From IMG/VR virus record IMGVR_UViG_3300000839_000006: DNA of 64,000 bases; one strand, written 5' to 3'. Under the pieces are notes generated by a model that did no database searches, had not been told where the DNA came from, and saw nothing but the letters and a program-made list of their open reading frames with translations. Both the position numbers and the translations under genes were made by a program. Numbering within the stretch: position 1 is the stretch's first letter; every line of letters starts with the position of its first letter. This document shows positions 10,405-19,318 of this stretch, one piece after another. Source of the DNA: a virus.

Positions 10405-10481
10405 TTATGAATGATATACTTGGTGGATATACGCATAGAAGTGTTGAACCATTGGTTCCAACCACGGAGATTGAGTTTGTT
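10356..10481 (+). repeat. 126-bp direct repeat copy 2 spanning an LRR gene junction
   Basis: Offset 2341 bp from copy 1. Confidence 0.9.
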
Positions 10482-11759
10482 GTGGATTTGATGGATGAAA
10501 AAGAATTTACATTTTTAGTATGGGGTCCCGCCGGGTCGCAGTTTCATGTTTCATACAATGGCGTGGAAGATAGTATACACACGTTAGGTGGTGTTTATTC
10601 TTATGCAGTATCTAAGGAGTTATCTATTGGTGATTGCACTATACGATTATGGTCTTATGATAATATACATCGTATAGCCGTACATAACCAAATTTATACG
10701 GAGGATTTTGATGTAATTGAGCTTAGACGATACCAGAGTAGCACAATAATTAGTATGGAACATGCGTTTTTTAATTGTCGCAGACTAGCTGTATGTTTAC
10801 CTAGTTTTACATCGGACACACTCCCTTTAGTAACAACGTATGACGGGTGTTTTTGCGGGTGGCATACATTTAATGGTGTATTACATGCTGATTTTATGTC
10901 TGGAGATTATTTATTAGTCACGTCTTTCGCTGCTGCATTTTCTGAGTGGTTTATGTTTAATCAGTCTTTACCTAATGGTTTTTTGTGTGGTGCTATGCCG
11001 TTTGTGGAAAGTTTTAACTACACATTCAACGGTTGGTGGGCATTCAATGATGTATTACCAGCTACATTTATGACACAACAGTTCCCTAGTTTAGTTAATA
11101 TATCATATTGCTTTAGTGCTTGGCGGCATTATAACCAGCCGCTACCAGTAGGTTTTATGTGTCAATACTTTCCAGTGCTATATACATTGGTTGGATGTTT
11201 CAGTGGTTGGTGGGATTTTAATCAAGTATTACCTACAGGTTTTATGTGTCAATCATTTTCATTGGTACAGTCTTTTCAACTTGTTTTCAGTGGTTGGGAG
11301 AGTTTTAATCAAGTATTACCTACAGGTTTTATGTGTCAATCATTTCCATTAGTACAGTCTTTTCAGTCTACATTTAGCTTTTGGAGAGCTTTTAACCAAG
11401 TTCTTCCAGCAGGTTTTATGTGTCAAGATTTTTCTTCGGTAGTAACTATGCGTAGCTGTTTTAGTGTGTGGAGTACTTTCAATAAGACGTTGCCAATAGG
11501 CTTTATGCTTGGTGGTACTGGTAATGTATTAGATTTTAACGAGTGTATGTCAGTGTGGACATCTTATAGGGGTGCTATAGTGTTATTGTTTGGAACTACT
11601 ACAGCGAATTATGCTAGATGCTACAGTGCGAATCGTTATATGCAGGGTGCTGGAATGCCGCTAGTTATAACACATACTGGTGTTGGGGATATTACAGAGT
11701 GCTTCCGTGATTGCACCTCCCTCTCCGACTACGCCTCAATACCTTTCGGCTGGAAATAG
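10407..11759 (+). CDS. BspA/DUF285-like LRR protein 4 (about 9 repeats)
   Basis: Starts MNDILGGYTHRS, ends CTSLSDYASIPFGWK. Confidence 0.75.
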   Translation: MNDILGGYTHRSVEPLVPTTEIEFVVDLMDEKEFTFLVWGPAGSQFHVSYNGVEDSIHTLGGVYSYAVSKELSIGDCTIRLWSYDNIHRIAVHNQIYTEDFDVIELRRYQSSTIISMEHAFFNCRRLAVCLPSFTSDTLPLVTTYDGCFCGWHTFNGVLHADFMSGDYLLVTSFAAAFSEWFMFNQSLPNGFLCGAMPFVESFNYTFNGWWAFNDVLPATFMTQQFPSLVNISYCFSAWRHYNQPLPVGFMCQYFPVLYTLVGCFSGWWDFNQVLPTGFMCQSFSLVQSFQLVFSGWESFNQVLPTGFMCQSFPLVQSFQSTFSFWRAFNQVLPAGFMCQDFSSVVTMRSCFSVWSTFNKTLPIGFMLGGTGNVLDFNECMSVWTSYRGAIVLLFGTTTANYARCYSANRYMQGAGMPLVITHTGVGDITECFRDCTSLSDYASIPFGWK

Positions 11760-11768
11760 GAGTCTACC

Positions 11769-12290
11769 ATGTCACAGACCACACCTGTGAGTGTCACAAT
11801 GAAGCTTGTTAAGATGCAGCACAAGTGGCCCACTATTGCGCGGGACCTTGCGCTTATGTCGCAACCACAAACACAAAGCTCGCAGTTCGACATTGAAGAT
11901 GTCGCACGTATGTACGACCTGTCTTTGGTCGAACTGAACGAGCTTATTATAAATCCTACGTTCCGTCAGCTTGTTGTAGAGGCGGTACGTAATCTTAAAG
12001 CACTTGGCCCTCGTGCGGGCTTTCGTATGAGGGCTGAGTTGCTTGCAACTGAACTGCAAGAGAAGCTTTATAACCGCGCTGTCAGTGGTAGTATGGAGGA
12101 CAAGCAGATGTTGCAGTTCCTAGCAGTACTGCTTAAATCTGCTGGTCTCGAAGCACCTCCTGAGGATACACCGCCGCCCATGCCTGCTGGTCCATCGGTT
12201 CATGTGGCTCTTAACTTCCCAAGTATACCGGGACGAAGCCTTGACCACGCCCGTGTAATTGCGAAACCACAGGAGCTGATAGATGTTTAA
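11769..12290 (+). CDS. probable terminase small subunit
   Basis: Helical protein directly upstream of, and overlapping, TerL. Assignment is positional. Confidence 0.5.
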   Translation: MSQTTPVSVTMKLVKMQHKWPTIARDLALMSQPQTQSSQFDIEDVARMYDLSLVELNELIINPTFRQLVVEAVRNLKALGPRAGFRMRAELLATELQEKLYNRAVSGSMEDKQMLQFLAVLLKSAGLEAPPEDTPPPMPAGPSVHVALNFPSIPGRSLDHARVIAKPQELIDV

Positions 12291-13743
12291 GTATGTACCA
12301 ACACCCACTGGAATAAAATTTCATGGCAGTAACAAATTTCTGAAGGGAATAACTGGGCCATTTGGTTCTGGCAAGAGTTGCATTATAGCTGAAGATATTC
12401 TCATGTATGGATGCGAACAGGCACCTGCGGCAGATAACGTGCGTTATACTAGGTGGGGTATCATTCGTAGTACGTATCCTGAACTTATGTCCACCACAAG
12501 AAACTCTATACTGGAAGTTATGCCTGTGGAGTTCGGTACAATCAAGCTGGCTGGCGCACCAATCACAGGGTTGTGGAGGTTCCCCTTGCCGGATGGAACT
12601 GTGGTTCAGATGGAGTTCGTACTACAAGCCCTTCAGACGGCAGAGGACGCAGAAAAAGTGAAATCTGCGAACTGGACTGGGGCGTGGCTGAATGAGACAA
12701 CAGGAATCGCCTCAGAGGTTCTAGCGGCGGTCATGGGCCGTGTCGGACGTTTCCCGCCTGAAAATCTTGGTGGGTGTTCGTGGGCCGGAGTTCTGCTGGA
12801 TTTCAACCAGCCACCTCATGGGCATTACCTCGGTACTATGATGGAGTCTCCTGAGGACAACTGGGAGTTTTTCAAACAACCGCCTGCCGCATTCAAGCAT
12901 GTTGACGACATGGGGGTTGTGACGTATGAAGTGAACACGGAAGCTGAGAACTTACAAAACCTCAAGGGTGGTGTGGAGTATTACAGCAACCAGATTGCGG
13001 CATGGAAGCAGCAGGGACGTACTGATATGATAGACTCCCTGTTCTGCCTTGAAGATGTCCCAATGAAAGATGGTAAGCCTGTGTACTCGGAGTTCAATTA
13101 TGATATGCATGTATCCAGAACAGAGCTTGTACCGATTCAATACACTGATATAGTGGTTGGGTACGATACTTCTGGAATACATCCAGCGGCTGTTATACTT
13201 CAGTTACAGCAGGGCAGGTGGGCGATACTGGATGAATTGTACGGTGATGAGATGGGTATGGAGACTTTTATTGACCAACTACTTATACCGACACTACATA
13301 CAAAATACGCTAACTGTGAAGCCATTGTAAGCTGTGACCCGGCAAACGCAAGAGAAGGTTTTAAAGGGCTTGCACCAACAGAGCATTTGAAAAATGCAGG
13401 ACTTCGTGTAGTGACTCCATCGACAAACGACCCTAAGACTCGTATACGTGCAGTGTCCACATTACTTAACAGAAATTTTGGTGGGCTTATAATTTCACCC
13501 AACTGCACTTTAACGATACGAGCTATGCAGGGTGGATACAGATATAAGAAGTTAAGAGCTTTTGGTTCTATAACAGAGGCATTTAGTAACGCACCGGAAA
13601 AGAACTTGTACTCACATATAGCTGATGCTATTCAGTACGGGGTGCTACAAATACTTAAAGGTGATACGTATGATGATGCACATCTACGAAATACAAGAAG
13701 GCGTTTAGATAAACGCAGAAAAACACTCAAACGTATAATGTGA
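12283..13743 (+). CDS. terL: terminase large subunit
   Basis: Walker A GPFGSGKS, Walker B-like AWLNE, C-terminal RNase H-like nuclease (VGYDTS ... HIADAIQY). Confidence 0.92.
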   Translation: MFKYVPTPTGIKFHGSNKFLKGITGPFGSGKSCIIAEDILMYGCEQAPAADNVRYTRWGIIRSTYPELMSTTRNSILEVMPVEFGTIKLAGAPITGLWRFPLPDGTVVQMEFVLQALQTAEDAEKVKSANWTGAWLNETTGIASEVLAAVMGRVGRFPPENLGGCSWAGVLLDFNQPPHGHYLGTMMESPEDNWEFFKQPPAAFKHVDDMGVVTYEVNTEAENLQNLKGGVEYYSNQIAAWKQQGRTDMIDSLFCLEDVPMKDGKPVYSEFNYDMHVSRTELVPIQYTDIVVGYDTSGIHPAAVILQLQQGRWAILDELYGDEMGMETFIDQLLIPTLHTKYANCEAIVSCDPANAREGFKGLAPTEHLKNAGLRVVTPSTNDPKTRIRAVSTLLNRNFGGLIISPNCTLTIRAMQGGYRYKKLRAFGSITEAFSNAPEKNLYSHIADAIQYGVLQILKGDTYDDAHLRNTRRRLDKRRKTLKRIM

Positions 13744-13750
13744 GTATGGT

Positions 13751-15673
13751 ATGTATGAACCTGTCAGTGAAGAAATAAAATCTCCCAAGAAGTCTGTTGA
13801 CCCTATAGCCAACATCACAATTGAGCGTTTTAACGAGGCGGTTCGTTGGCAGTCGCAGGAACGTGTTTACGGTGACCTGTCGTTGCGGCAGACATTACAG
13901 AATTGTTATGACCAGTTTAACGGGCATCTATCACCAGAAGACCAGCAGATTGTGGACGAACTGGGGGTAGATGCCTATGTCAATCTAACATCCATGAAGG
14001 CGTGTACTGTACAGTCTTTTCTTACTGAGACACTGGTGCAACCAAATACACTGCCGTGGGCTATAGAAGCGACTCCGTTACCGGAGTTGTCTATTCGTGG
14101 TGAAGATGAAGCTGTACAGAAGGTTCTTCAGGAACTGTATAATGGACAGTTTAATGGTGATGTGATGGAGCTTATTACGGCTGTAAAAACACAGACACTT
14201 AGAAAGGAACATGAATTAGCTATTACAGCGGCTGAACATATGGAGAAACTTATCATTGACCAATGCCTGCAAGGTGGTTGGAATACCGCAATGAAAGAGT
14301 TTCTAACAGATTTTACAGTGTATCCATTCGCTGTATTGCACGGTCCCATTCCAGTACGCCGTCCACAATTACAGTGGGGAACTAATAATATACGTGTCAG
14401 GTCGGAAAATTTTTATGAGTTTAAGACTGTCTCACCATGGGATTTCTGGTATTCACCAGACTCACCTGACACACAACGTGGCACTGGGATATTTCTGCGT
14501 CAGCGTTGGACACGTCAGAACCTGCTGCAAGCTGCTGAGATGAAGAGCTACATAAAGGCTAATGTTGTTAAAGTGCTTGAAGGTACGGAAACTATAAAGG
14601 ATTATAACTTTAGGTGGATGTCTGGAAACCCGGACCAGCTTGATAATAAACTTATAGCATGGTCTAATGGGTCAACAACAATAGACGCACTTGTGCATTA
14701 TGGGTTCTTCAGTGGTAAGGAACTTAGTGACTATGGTATTACCGGACTTGATTTGAAGCATTATTACAATGCGACAGTTACTGTTATTGACGGTGTTACA
14801 ATCCAAGTTATAGTCCATGACAACCCTAATCTTAACATCCGTCCTGTATTTACTGCCAGTTTTTATAAGCAGCGTGACCGTATAGCTAGTTGTGGTATAG
14901 CACAGCGTGTTCGTGATGTGGAACGATGTTTCATAACAGCCCTTAGATATCTTATGTCGAATGCTGCTGGCGCGTCCGGTCCTATCACTGAGGCAGATTA
15001 CACACGTTTCTCAAAGTATATGGGTGATGAAGATATAGGTAGATTGATACCTAACACTGTTTACCCAGTGGATAGTGAGATTGGTACGAACAATCCGGCT
15101 TTTCGTTTTTATACAATTCCAAGTGCTATTCCACATTACATGCAACTGTTGCAATATTTTATGGACCTCGCTGATAGAGTGACAAATATACCTGCTGCGT
15201 TACATGGTACGGCGCAGGGGTCTGGTGCAAATAGAACTTTCCGTGGTGCCGCCATGTTACAAGGCAACGCTGTAAAGGCTATATCAGCTTCAGTGAGTAA
15301 CATAGATGACACGGTATTTGGTCCACTGGGACAACTTATATACAGTTACAATATGCTCTATGAGCGTGATGATTCTATCAAGGGTGACTGTAAAATATTG
15401 GCGCAAGGTTCCGCTGGTTTGCTTCAAAGGGAGCTTGACAGACAGAATAGTTACGAGATATTGCAAATGGTATCTTCGGCAGGGCAACAGCTTATGGCTA
15501 TGCCTACTGGTCAGGCCATTATGATGTGGGCTTTGAACAATGTGCTTGGTAACATGGGTGTTCCGAAAGAGCTTTTGTCCACGAGTACCCCCATGCCTGC
15601 CGGGGATGTTCCCGGCCCCGGTGGTGAGATGCCTCCCGCCGAACAACCCCTTCCTATGGGTGGTGAACAATGA
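13751..15673 (+). CDS. portal protein
   Basis: 640 aa directly after TerL. VSPWDFWYSPD motif typical of podovirus-type portals. Confidence 0.8.
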   Translation: MYEPVSEEIKSPKKSVDPIANITIERFNEAVRWQSQERVYGDLSLRQTLQNCYDQFNGHLSPEDQQIVDELGVDAYVNLTSMKACTVQSFLTETLVQPNTLPWAIEATPLPELSIRGEDEAVQKVLQELYNGQFNGDVMELITAVKTQTLRKEHELAITAAEHMEKLIIDQCLQGGWNTAMKEFLTDFTVYPFAVLHGPIPVRRPQLQWGTNNIRVRSENFYEFKTVSPWDFWYSPDSPDTQRGTGIFLRQRWTRQNLLQAAEMKSYIKANVVKVLEGTETIKDYNFRWMSGNPDQLDNKLIAWSNGSTTIDALVHYGFFSGKELSDYGITGLDLKHYYNATVTVIDGVTIQVIVHDNPNLNIRPVFTASFYKQRDRIASCGIAQRVRDVERCFITALRYLMSNAAGASGPITEADYTRFSKYMGDEDIGRLIPNTVYPVDSEIGTNNPAFRFYTIPSAIPHYMQLLQYFMDLADRVTNIPAALHGTAQGSGANRTFRGAAMLQGNAVKAISASVSNIDDTVFGPLGQLIYSYNMLYERDDSIKGDCKILAQGSAGLLQRELDRQNSYEILQMVSSAGQQLMAMPTGQAIMMWALNNVLGNMGVPKELLSTSTPMPAGDVPGPGGEMPPAEQPLPMGGEQ

Positions 15674-15987
15674 TTGATGGTGTAAAAGTAAATATTGGGG
15701 ATACTGTATATGTCCTCGGTATAGGCAGTGGGCAGGTTACGAAGGTAAGTTCTGATGGTGGATTTTCTGTAAGGACTGGTAGTGGTGAAGCTAGTTACCG
15801 TTCTGGTGGGTATGTGGCTAATAAACGCCGCGTGTATTGGGCCAACCCAATCTTTATTACCCCGCCCAATGACCCTGTGTTGTGGAGAGCTTTCACAGAA
15901 CTCAGTACAGACCTATATAACAAGTTGCAGGATTTGAAATCTGGCAGGTATATACTGCGGGAGCAACAAGATGTGGCAGATGATTAA
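15670..15987 (+). CDS. hypothetical protein (SH3/KOW-like beta fold possible)
   Basis: ATGA coupling to the portal gene. VNIGDTVYV motif. Confidence 0.6.
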   Translation: MIDGVKVNIGDTVYVLGIGSGQVTKVSSDGGFSVRTGSGEASYRSGGYVANKRRVYWANPIFITPPNDPVLWRAFTELSTDLYNKLQDLKSGRYILREQQDVADD

Positions 15988-16195
15988 AGCATTCTTCATT
16001 GACCACATTAACTGGTGCCATCCGGTAAACAGTAAAGGTCAAGAGAAAGAATCCACACTGTTCTATGAATATTGGTGCAAGCTGTTCTGGCCTATTCCTT
16101 GGATGGAAGCCCCCTGTTGGTGTTGCGCCAGTGTTCGTGGTGTAATCTACGGCCTCATTGTCGGGGCTATCTATGGGAGGTACATATGGGCATAA
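15971..16195 (+). CDS. small Cys/Trp-rich membrane protein
   Basis: RBS GGAG, C-terminal hydrophobic helix, in operon order. Confidence 0.5.
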   Translation: MWQMIKAFFIDHINWCHPVNSKGQEKESTLFYEYWCKLFWPIPWMEAPCWCCASVRGVIYGLIVGAIYGRYIWA

Positions 16196-16731
16196 ATACA
16201 GGCGGCTGGTTTGGTGGTGACCCTTGCGGTCCCGCTCCCGAACAACGCATCCAAAACACTCCGGGTAAAGAAATTTTGTTCTCACCTAATACCCCTCCCG
16301 GTACAATCTATTCACACGTGTTCACTGTAGGACCCGGACAGGTTGTACTTATTGACGCATATAACATGCCTGATTTTTCATGGGTGCGCGTTAATCGTGT
16401 AGCGGTATCTAACTATGCACCTATTGTTATAGACGGCCCCTGTCCACCTTGTAACATGCTTAAACGTGACCCTGATGGGCAGATTACGTTTGAAGCTCCT
16501 ATGACACTTGGTTGTGAACCGTGTTGGAGATTATTCCGTAACTCGGATATAGACCAGCAGTTGCAGTTGATGTTTATGGTACCCGGTATGTATAGACTTG
16601 AACTCAAGGATACTGACATGCTTGGTGACCTTGAGGTTGAGATGCAACGATGGGTAATGGCTAATACGCCATCTATCCCGCATAATTATAATGCGGGGCT
16701 TGGTGATTGTTGCTATGGGGGTACACCGTAA
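16186..16731 (+). CDS. hypothetical virion protein
   Basis: Start reassigned to ATG 16186 after GGAGG. Confidence 0.6.
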   Translation: MGINTGGWFGGDPCGPAPEQRIQNTPGKEILFSPNTPPGTIYSHVFTVGPGQVVLIDAYNMPDFSWVRVNRVAVSNYAPIVIDGPCPPCNMLKRDPDGQITFEAPMTLGCEPCWRLFRNSDIDQQLQLMFMVPGMYRLELKDTDMLGDLEVEMQRWVMANTPSIPHNYNAGLGDCCYGGTP

Positions 16732-17216
16732 TGGCTAGACTTCCTGTTATAGAAAGAATGCGTTCTGGATTTCCCATACCGCTCTTGGATGACCAGTCTC
16801 AGAGTGTAGAAAGTCGCATGTTTCATGTGTTCCCCGGTCAGGTTGCGGTTGTTCGTGCTTATGGTTTCATGCCCTATAAAGAGCGTGTAGATGACACAGA
16901 GACACAGGTTACGCAGGTTGCTTGCTTGCAGTCTGTTATCTTTGAAGAGTCTGCTCTGCCTGATTATGATTCCTGCCAAGGACTCATAGTTGACTTTTCA
17001 AAGTATAAAGGTCAGGTGAAAGAACTTGACTATGTGTACTTGGATGGGTGTGGCGTTGAAGTATCGGCTTGTAACAACCATATTCTCATTAACATTCCCG
17101 GCTCGTATAGGTTCGTCTTGAATGATGAAACTGCGGTTGGTATGGCTCGTATCTATGTGACTATCATGGACCGGGGCGTATACACATGGGAATCAAAACT
17201 GTTTGTTGGAGAGTAA
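16731..17216 (+). CDS. hypothetical virion protein
   Basis: TAATG coupling. Shares an I/V.PG.YR..L.D motif with the upstream gene. Confidence 0.6.
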   Translation: MARLPVIERMRSGFPIPLLDDQSQSVESRMFHVFPGQVAVVRAYGFMPYKERVDDTETQVTQVACLQSVIFEESALPDYDSCQGLIVDFSKYKGQVKELDYVYLDGCGVEVSACNNHILINIPGSYRFVLNDETAVGMARIYVTIMDRGVYTWESKLFVGE

Positions 17217-17217
17217 C

Positions 17218-17658
17218 ATGAGTTGTACCGAAATCAAATTTCTTGATGGTGGGACACTTGCCAATGTTCACATTCACAACTCGGAGATTATTGGCGGCAC
17301 TATGTCCGGCACTGAACTCTCCAACATTGTGTTGAAGGGCAATGTCACCATCGACCCCGCAACTGGTGCAGGTATTGTGAACCAACTGTGCCAGTACATA
17401 CAGGAATGCGTGTTCCTATCCTTCACTGATTGCAACGGCGCACCACACGCACATGGTGCTAAAATTCCTAACTGCGTTCAAGTTTTGGAAATGATTCAGG
17501 AATATCATGAGCCTGTATTTGAACCTGCAACCCCGTTGTCAACGGTTGCAGATAAGCTTCCGACAACCATGTATGGTGCAAGAGAAAAACTTCTTGGTGT
17601 GCCTGCCACGTGGATGAAAGTTGCCCCAAACCTGTACGTCCCTGTTTACACTGTGTAG
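17218..17658 (+). CDS. hypothetical virion protein
   Basis: ATG 17218 after GGAGAG. Confidence 0.55.
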   Translation: MSCTEIKFLDGGTLANVHIHNSEIIGGTMSGTELSNIVLKGNVTIDPATGAGIVNQLCQYIQECVFLSFTDCNGAPHAHGAKIPNCVQVLEMIQEYHEPVFEPATPLSTVADKLPTTMYGAREKLLGVPATWMKVAPNLYVPVYTV

Positions 17659-17668
17659 GGGGTGTGTT

Positions 17669-17863
17669 ATGGCTAGGTTGACAACTGTACCACTCGGACC
17701 TGCAACGCTTTCTGAAATGTTTGGGGAGCAGTATTGCACCCGTGTGAACAAGTTGGAAGAGGACGAACGGCGGCGTCACGAAAAACGTGAGGATGCTATA
17801 TGCCAGCGTAAACGTAATAATGCTGGCTATGAAAAACTTGCGAACCTTAGATACGGAGGATAA
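17669..17863 (+). CDS. small hypothetical protein
   Basis: ATG after AGGGGG, fills the gap in the operon. Confidence 0.45.
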   Translation: MARLTTVPLGPATLSEMFGEQYCTRVNKLEEDERRRHEKREDAICQRKRNNAGYEKLANLRYGG

Positions 17864-17867
17864 GGAT

Positions 17868-18005
17868 ATGGCCTGTGGCTCTTGTCGGAAACCTAAAGAG
17901 GTTCGGACACCAAGTACAACGCAGCAGCAACCTGCGGCGAGTAACAATCAAAACAACAGCGACCAGCGGTCCAAAATAACAGGGATTGGTTATGTCAAAA
18001 AATAA
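17868..18005 (+). CDS. small hypothetical protein (MACGSCRK...)
   Basis: GGAGG/AAGGA RBS, fills the gap in the operon. Confidence 0.45.
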   Translation: MACGSCRKPKEVRTPSTTQQQPAASNNQNNSDQRSKITGIGYVKK

Positions 18006-18240
18006 ATTACCCGAAGAATTGACAACCGCAATGCAACAAGCGATTGCAGGGCGGGAAGGCTTGGAAGAATTTAACAAGGCACTTACTATGTTGCATACTA
18101 GCGCAGTGGAAAACTTTCGTATGTGTGCTGCAAAAGCGGTGTTTGATGATACAGCTAGATTACAGGCGGCGCAAGCGGCTGGTATCGTGTCTGGTATAAA
18201 GCTTGTTATGGATACTTTCAATCGCCTTACAGACATCTAA
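17992..18240 (+). CDS. small helical protein upstream of the scaffold
   Basis: Position typical of a small head-assembly gene. Confidence 0.55.
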   Translation: MSKNKLPEELTTAMQQAIAGREGLEEFNKALTMLHTSAVENFRMCAAKAVFDDTARLQAAQAAGIVSGIKLVMDTFNRLTDI

Positions 18241-18252
18241 GAGGAAATTACT

Positions 18253-19302
18253 ATGTCGCAACAGGAAGTAACTAATCCGATGCGGTTTCGCAAATCCCCG
18301 CATCCAGCCGCAAGAGCGGCTGCCCAGTTTAAGGATGAGCATAAGGATTGGTATAGTGGCACTCCGGTACAACCTGCGGCTCCGGTTCAACCCGTAGACC
18401 CGGTTACCCCGGTTGCTGCCCCTGTAACGCCTCCTGCTGAACCTTCGCAACCTCAGCAAGCACCGCTTACCCCGGTGTCAGATATAACGCCTCCTGCCGA
18501 TTATATGAGTCTGTTTTCGCCGTCTACCCCTTCGGCTCCTGCGAAGCCGGAACCAAGTGTGGAACCAGCGAAGGACAGTGATGAATTGGTGAATCTTCGT
18601 AAGGAACTTGAGGATACCCGTGCGGAGTTGGCTTCTACAAAAGAGAAAGTCACTCTGTCGGATGAGTTGCAACAACTGCAACTTGAACGTGAACTTGAAA
18701 AGATGCTTGGAGAGAACGCTAATGAGTTCGCCACCATTGCGCCAGAAGATGCAAAAAGGTTGCTCACACCTGTCGTTAAAATGGTTAAAGACTCGCTTGG
18801 TTCTACGCAGAATGCTACGAAGAAGGCTCTTGATGCCCAACAGAAAAAGCTTGATGAGCATGTAACTCGGTTGGAACAAGAGAGGGTACAGGCTAAAGTT
18901 GCGTCCTTGCATAAAAAACTGTTGACTGCCCACCCGGACCTTGAGCAGTTGCAGAAGTCTCAGGCGTATTATCAGACGATGACTGCGCCTGTTGATGGGT
19001 CCGGTCTTACTGTAGGTCAGTTGGTGGCCGCAGAGTTTAATAGAGGGAATGTGGATTATGTAATCAATGTGTTGAATAAGATGAAAGATTCACAACCTTC
19101 ATTGGAAAGCGTGGCGGTGGTAAGTCCCGGCAGTGTCGGGTCTACACCAGCGGCTAAGTCTGACGCACCAGATGGGCAACTCTCAATGGAAGAACTGGCT
19201 GACTTGAAGTTTAACTTCCAGTCTGGTAGGATTTCACGTGAGCAGTTCAGTGCCGCTATGAAGAAACATCGAGAAGCCCGGACTGGTGCTTCCGCAAACT
19301 AA
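18253..19302 (+). CDS. capsid scaffolding protein
   Basis: Pro-rich N-terminus plus coiled coil, GAGGA RBS, immediately before the capsid gene. Confidence 0.7.
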   Translation: MSQQEVTNPMRFRKSPHPAARAAAQFKDEHKDWYSGTPVQPAAPVQPVDPVTPVAAPVTPPAEPSQPQQAPLTPVSDITPPADYMSLFSPSTPSAPAKPEPSVEPAKDSDELVNLRKELEDTRAELASTKEKVTLSDELQQLQLERELEKMLGENANEFATIAPEDAKRLLTPVVKMVKDSLGSTQNATKKALDAQQKKLDEHVTRLEQERVQAKVASLHKKLLTAHPDLEQLQKSQAYYQTMTAPVDGSGLTVGQLVAAEFNRGNVDYVINVLNKMKDSQPSLESVAVVSPGSVGSTPAAKSDAPDGQLSMEELADLKFNFQSGRISREQFSAAMKKHREARTGASAN

Positions 19303-19318
19303 ACTGTAGAGGTAAGGT

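Noticed and set aside
7029-11759. Diversity-generating retroelement acting on the LRR genes
   Set aside because: No reverse transcriptase or Avd gene is recognisable. Mismatches between the junction repeats are mostly synonymous third-position changes and are not confined to adenines.
6425-11759. Shufflon or invertible tail-fibre switch
   Set aside because: All cassettes are in the same orientation with their own starts, the repeats are direct, and no invertase or recombinase gene is seen.
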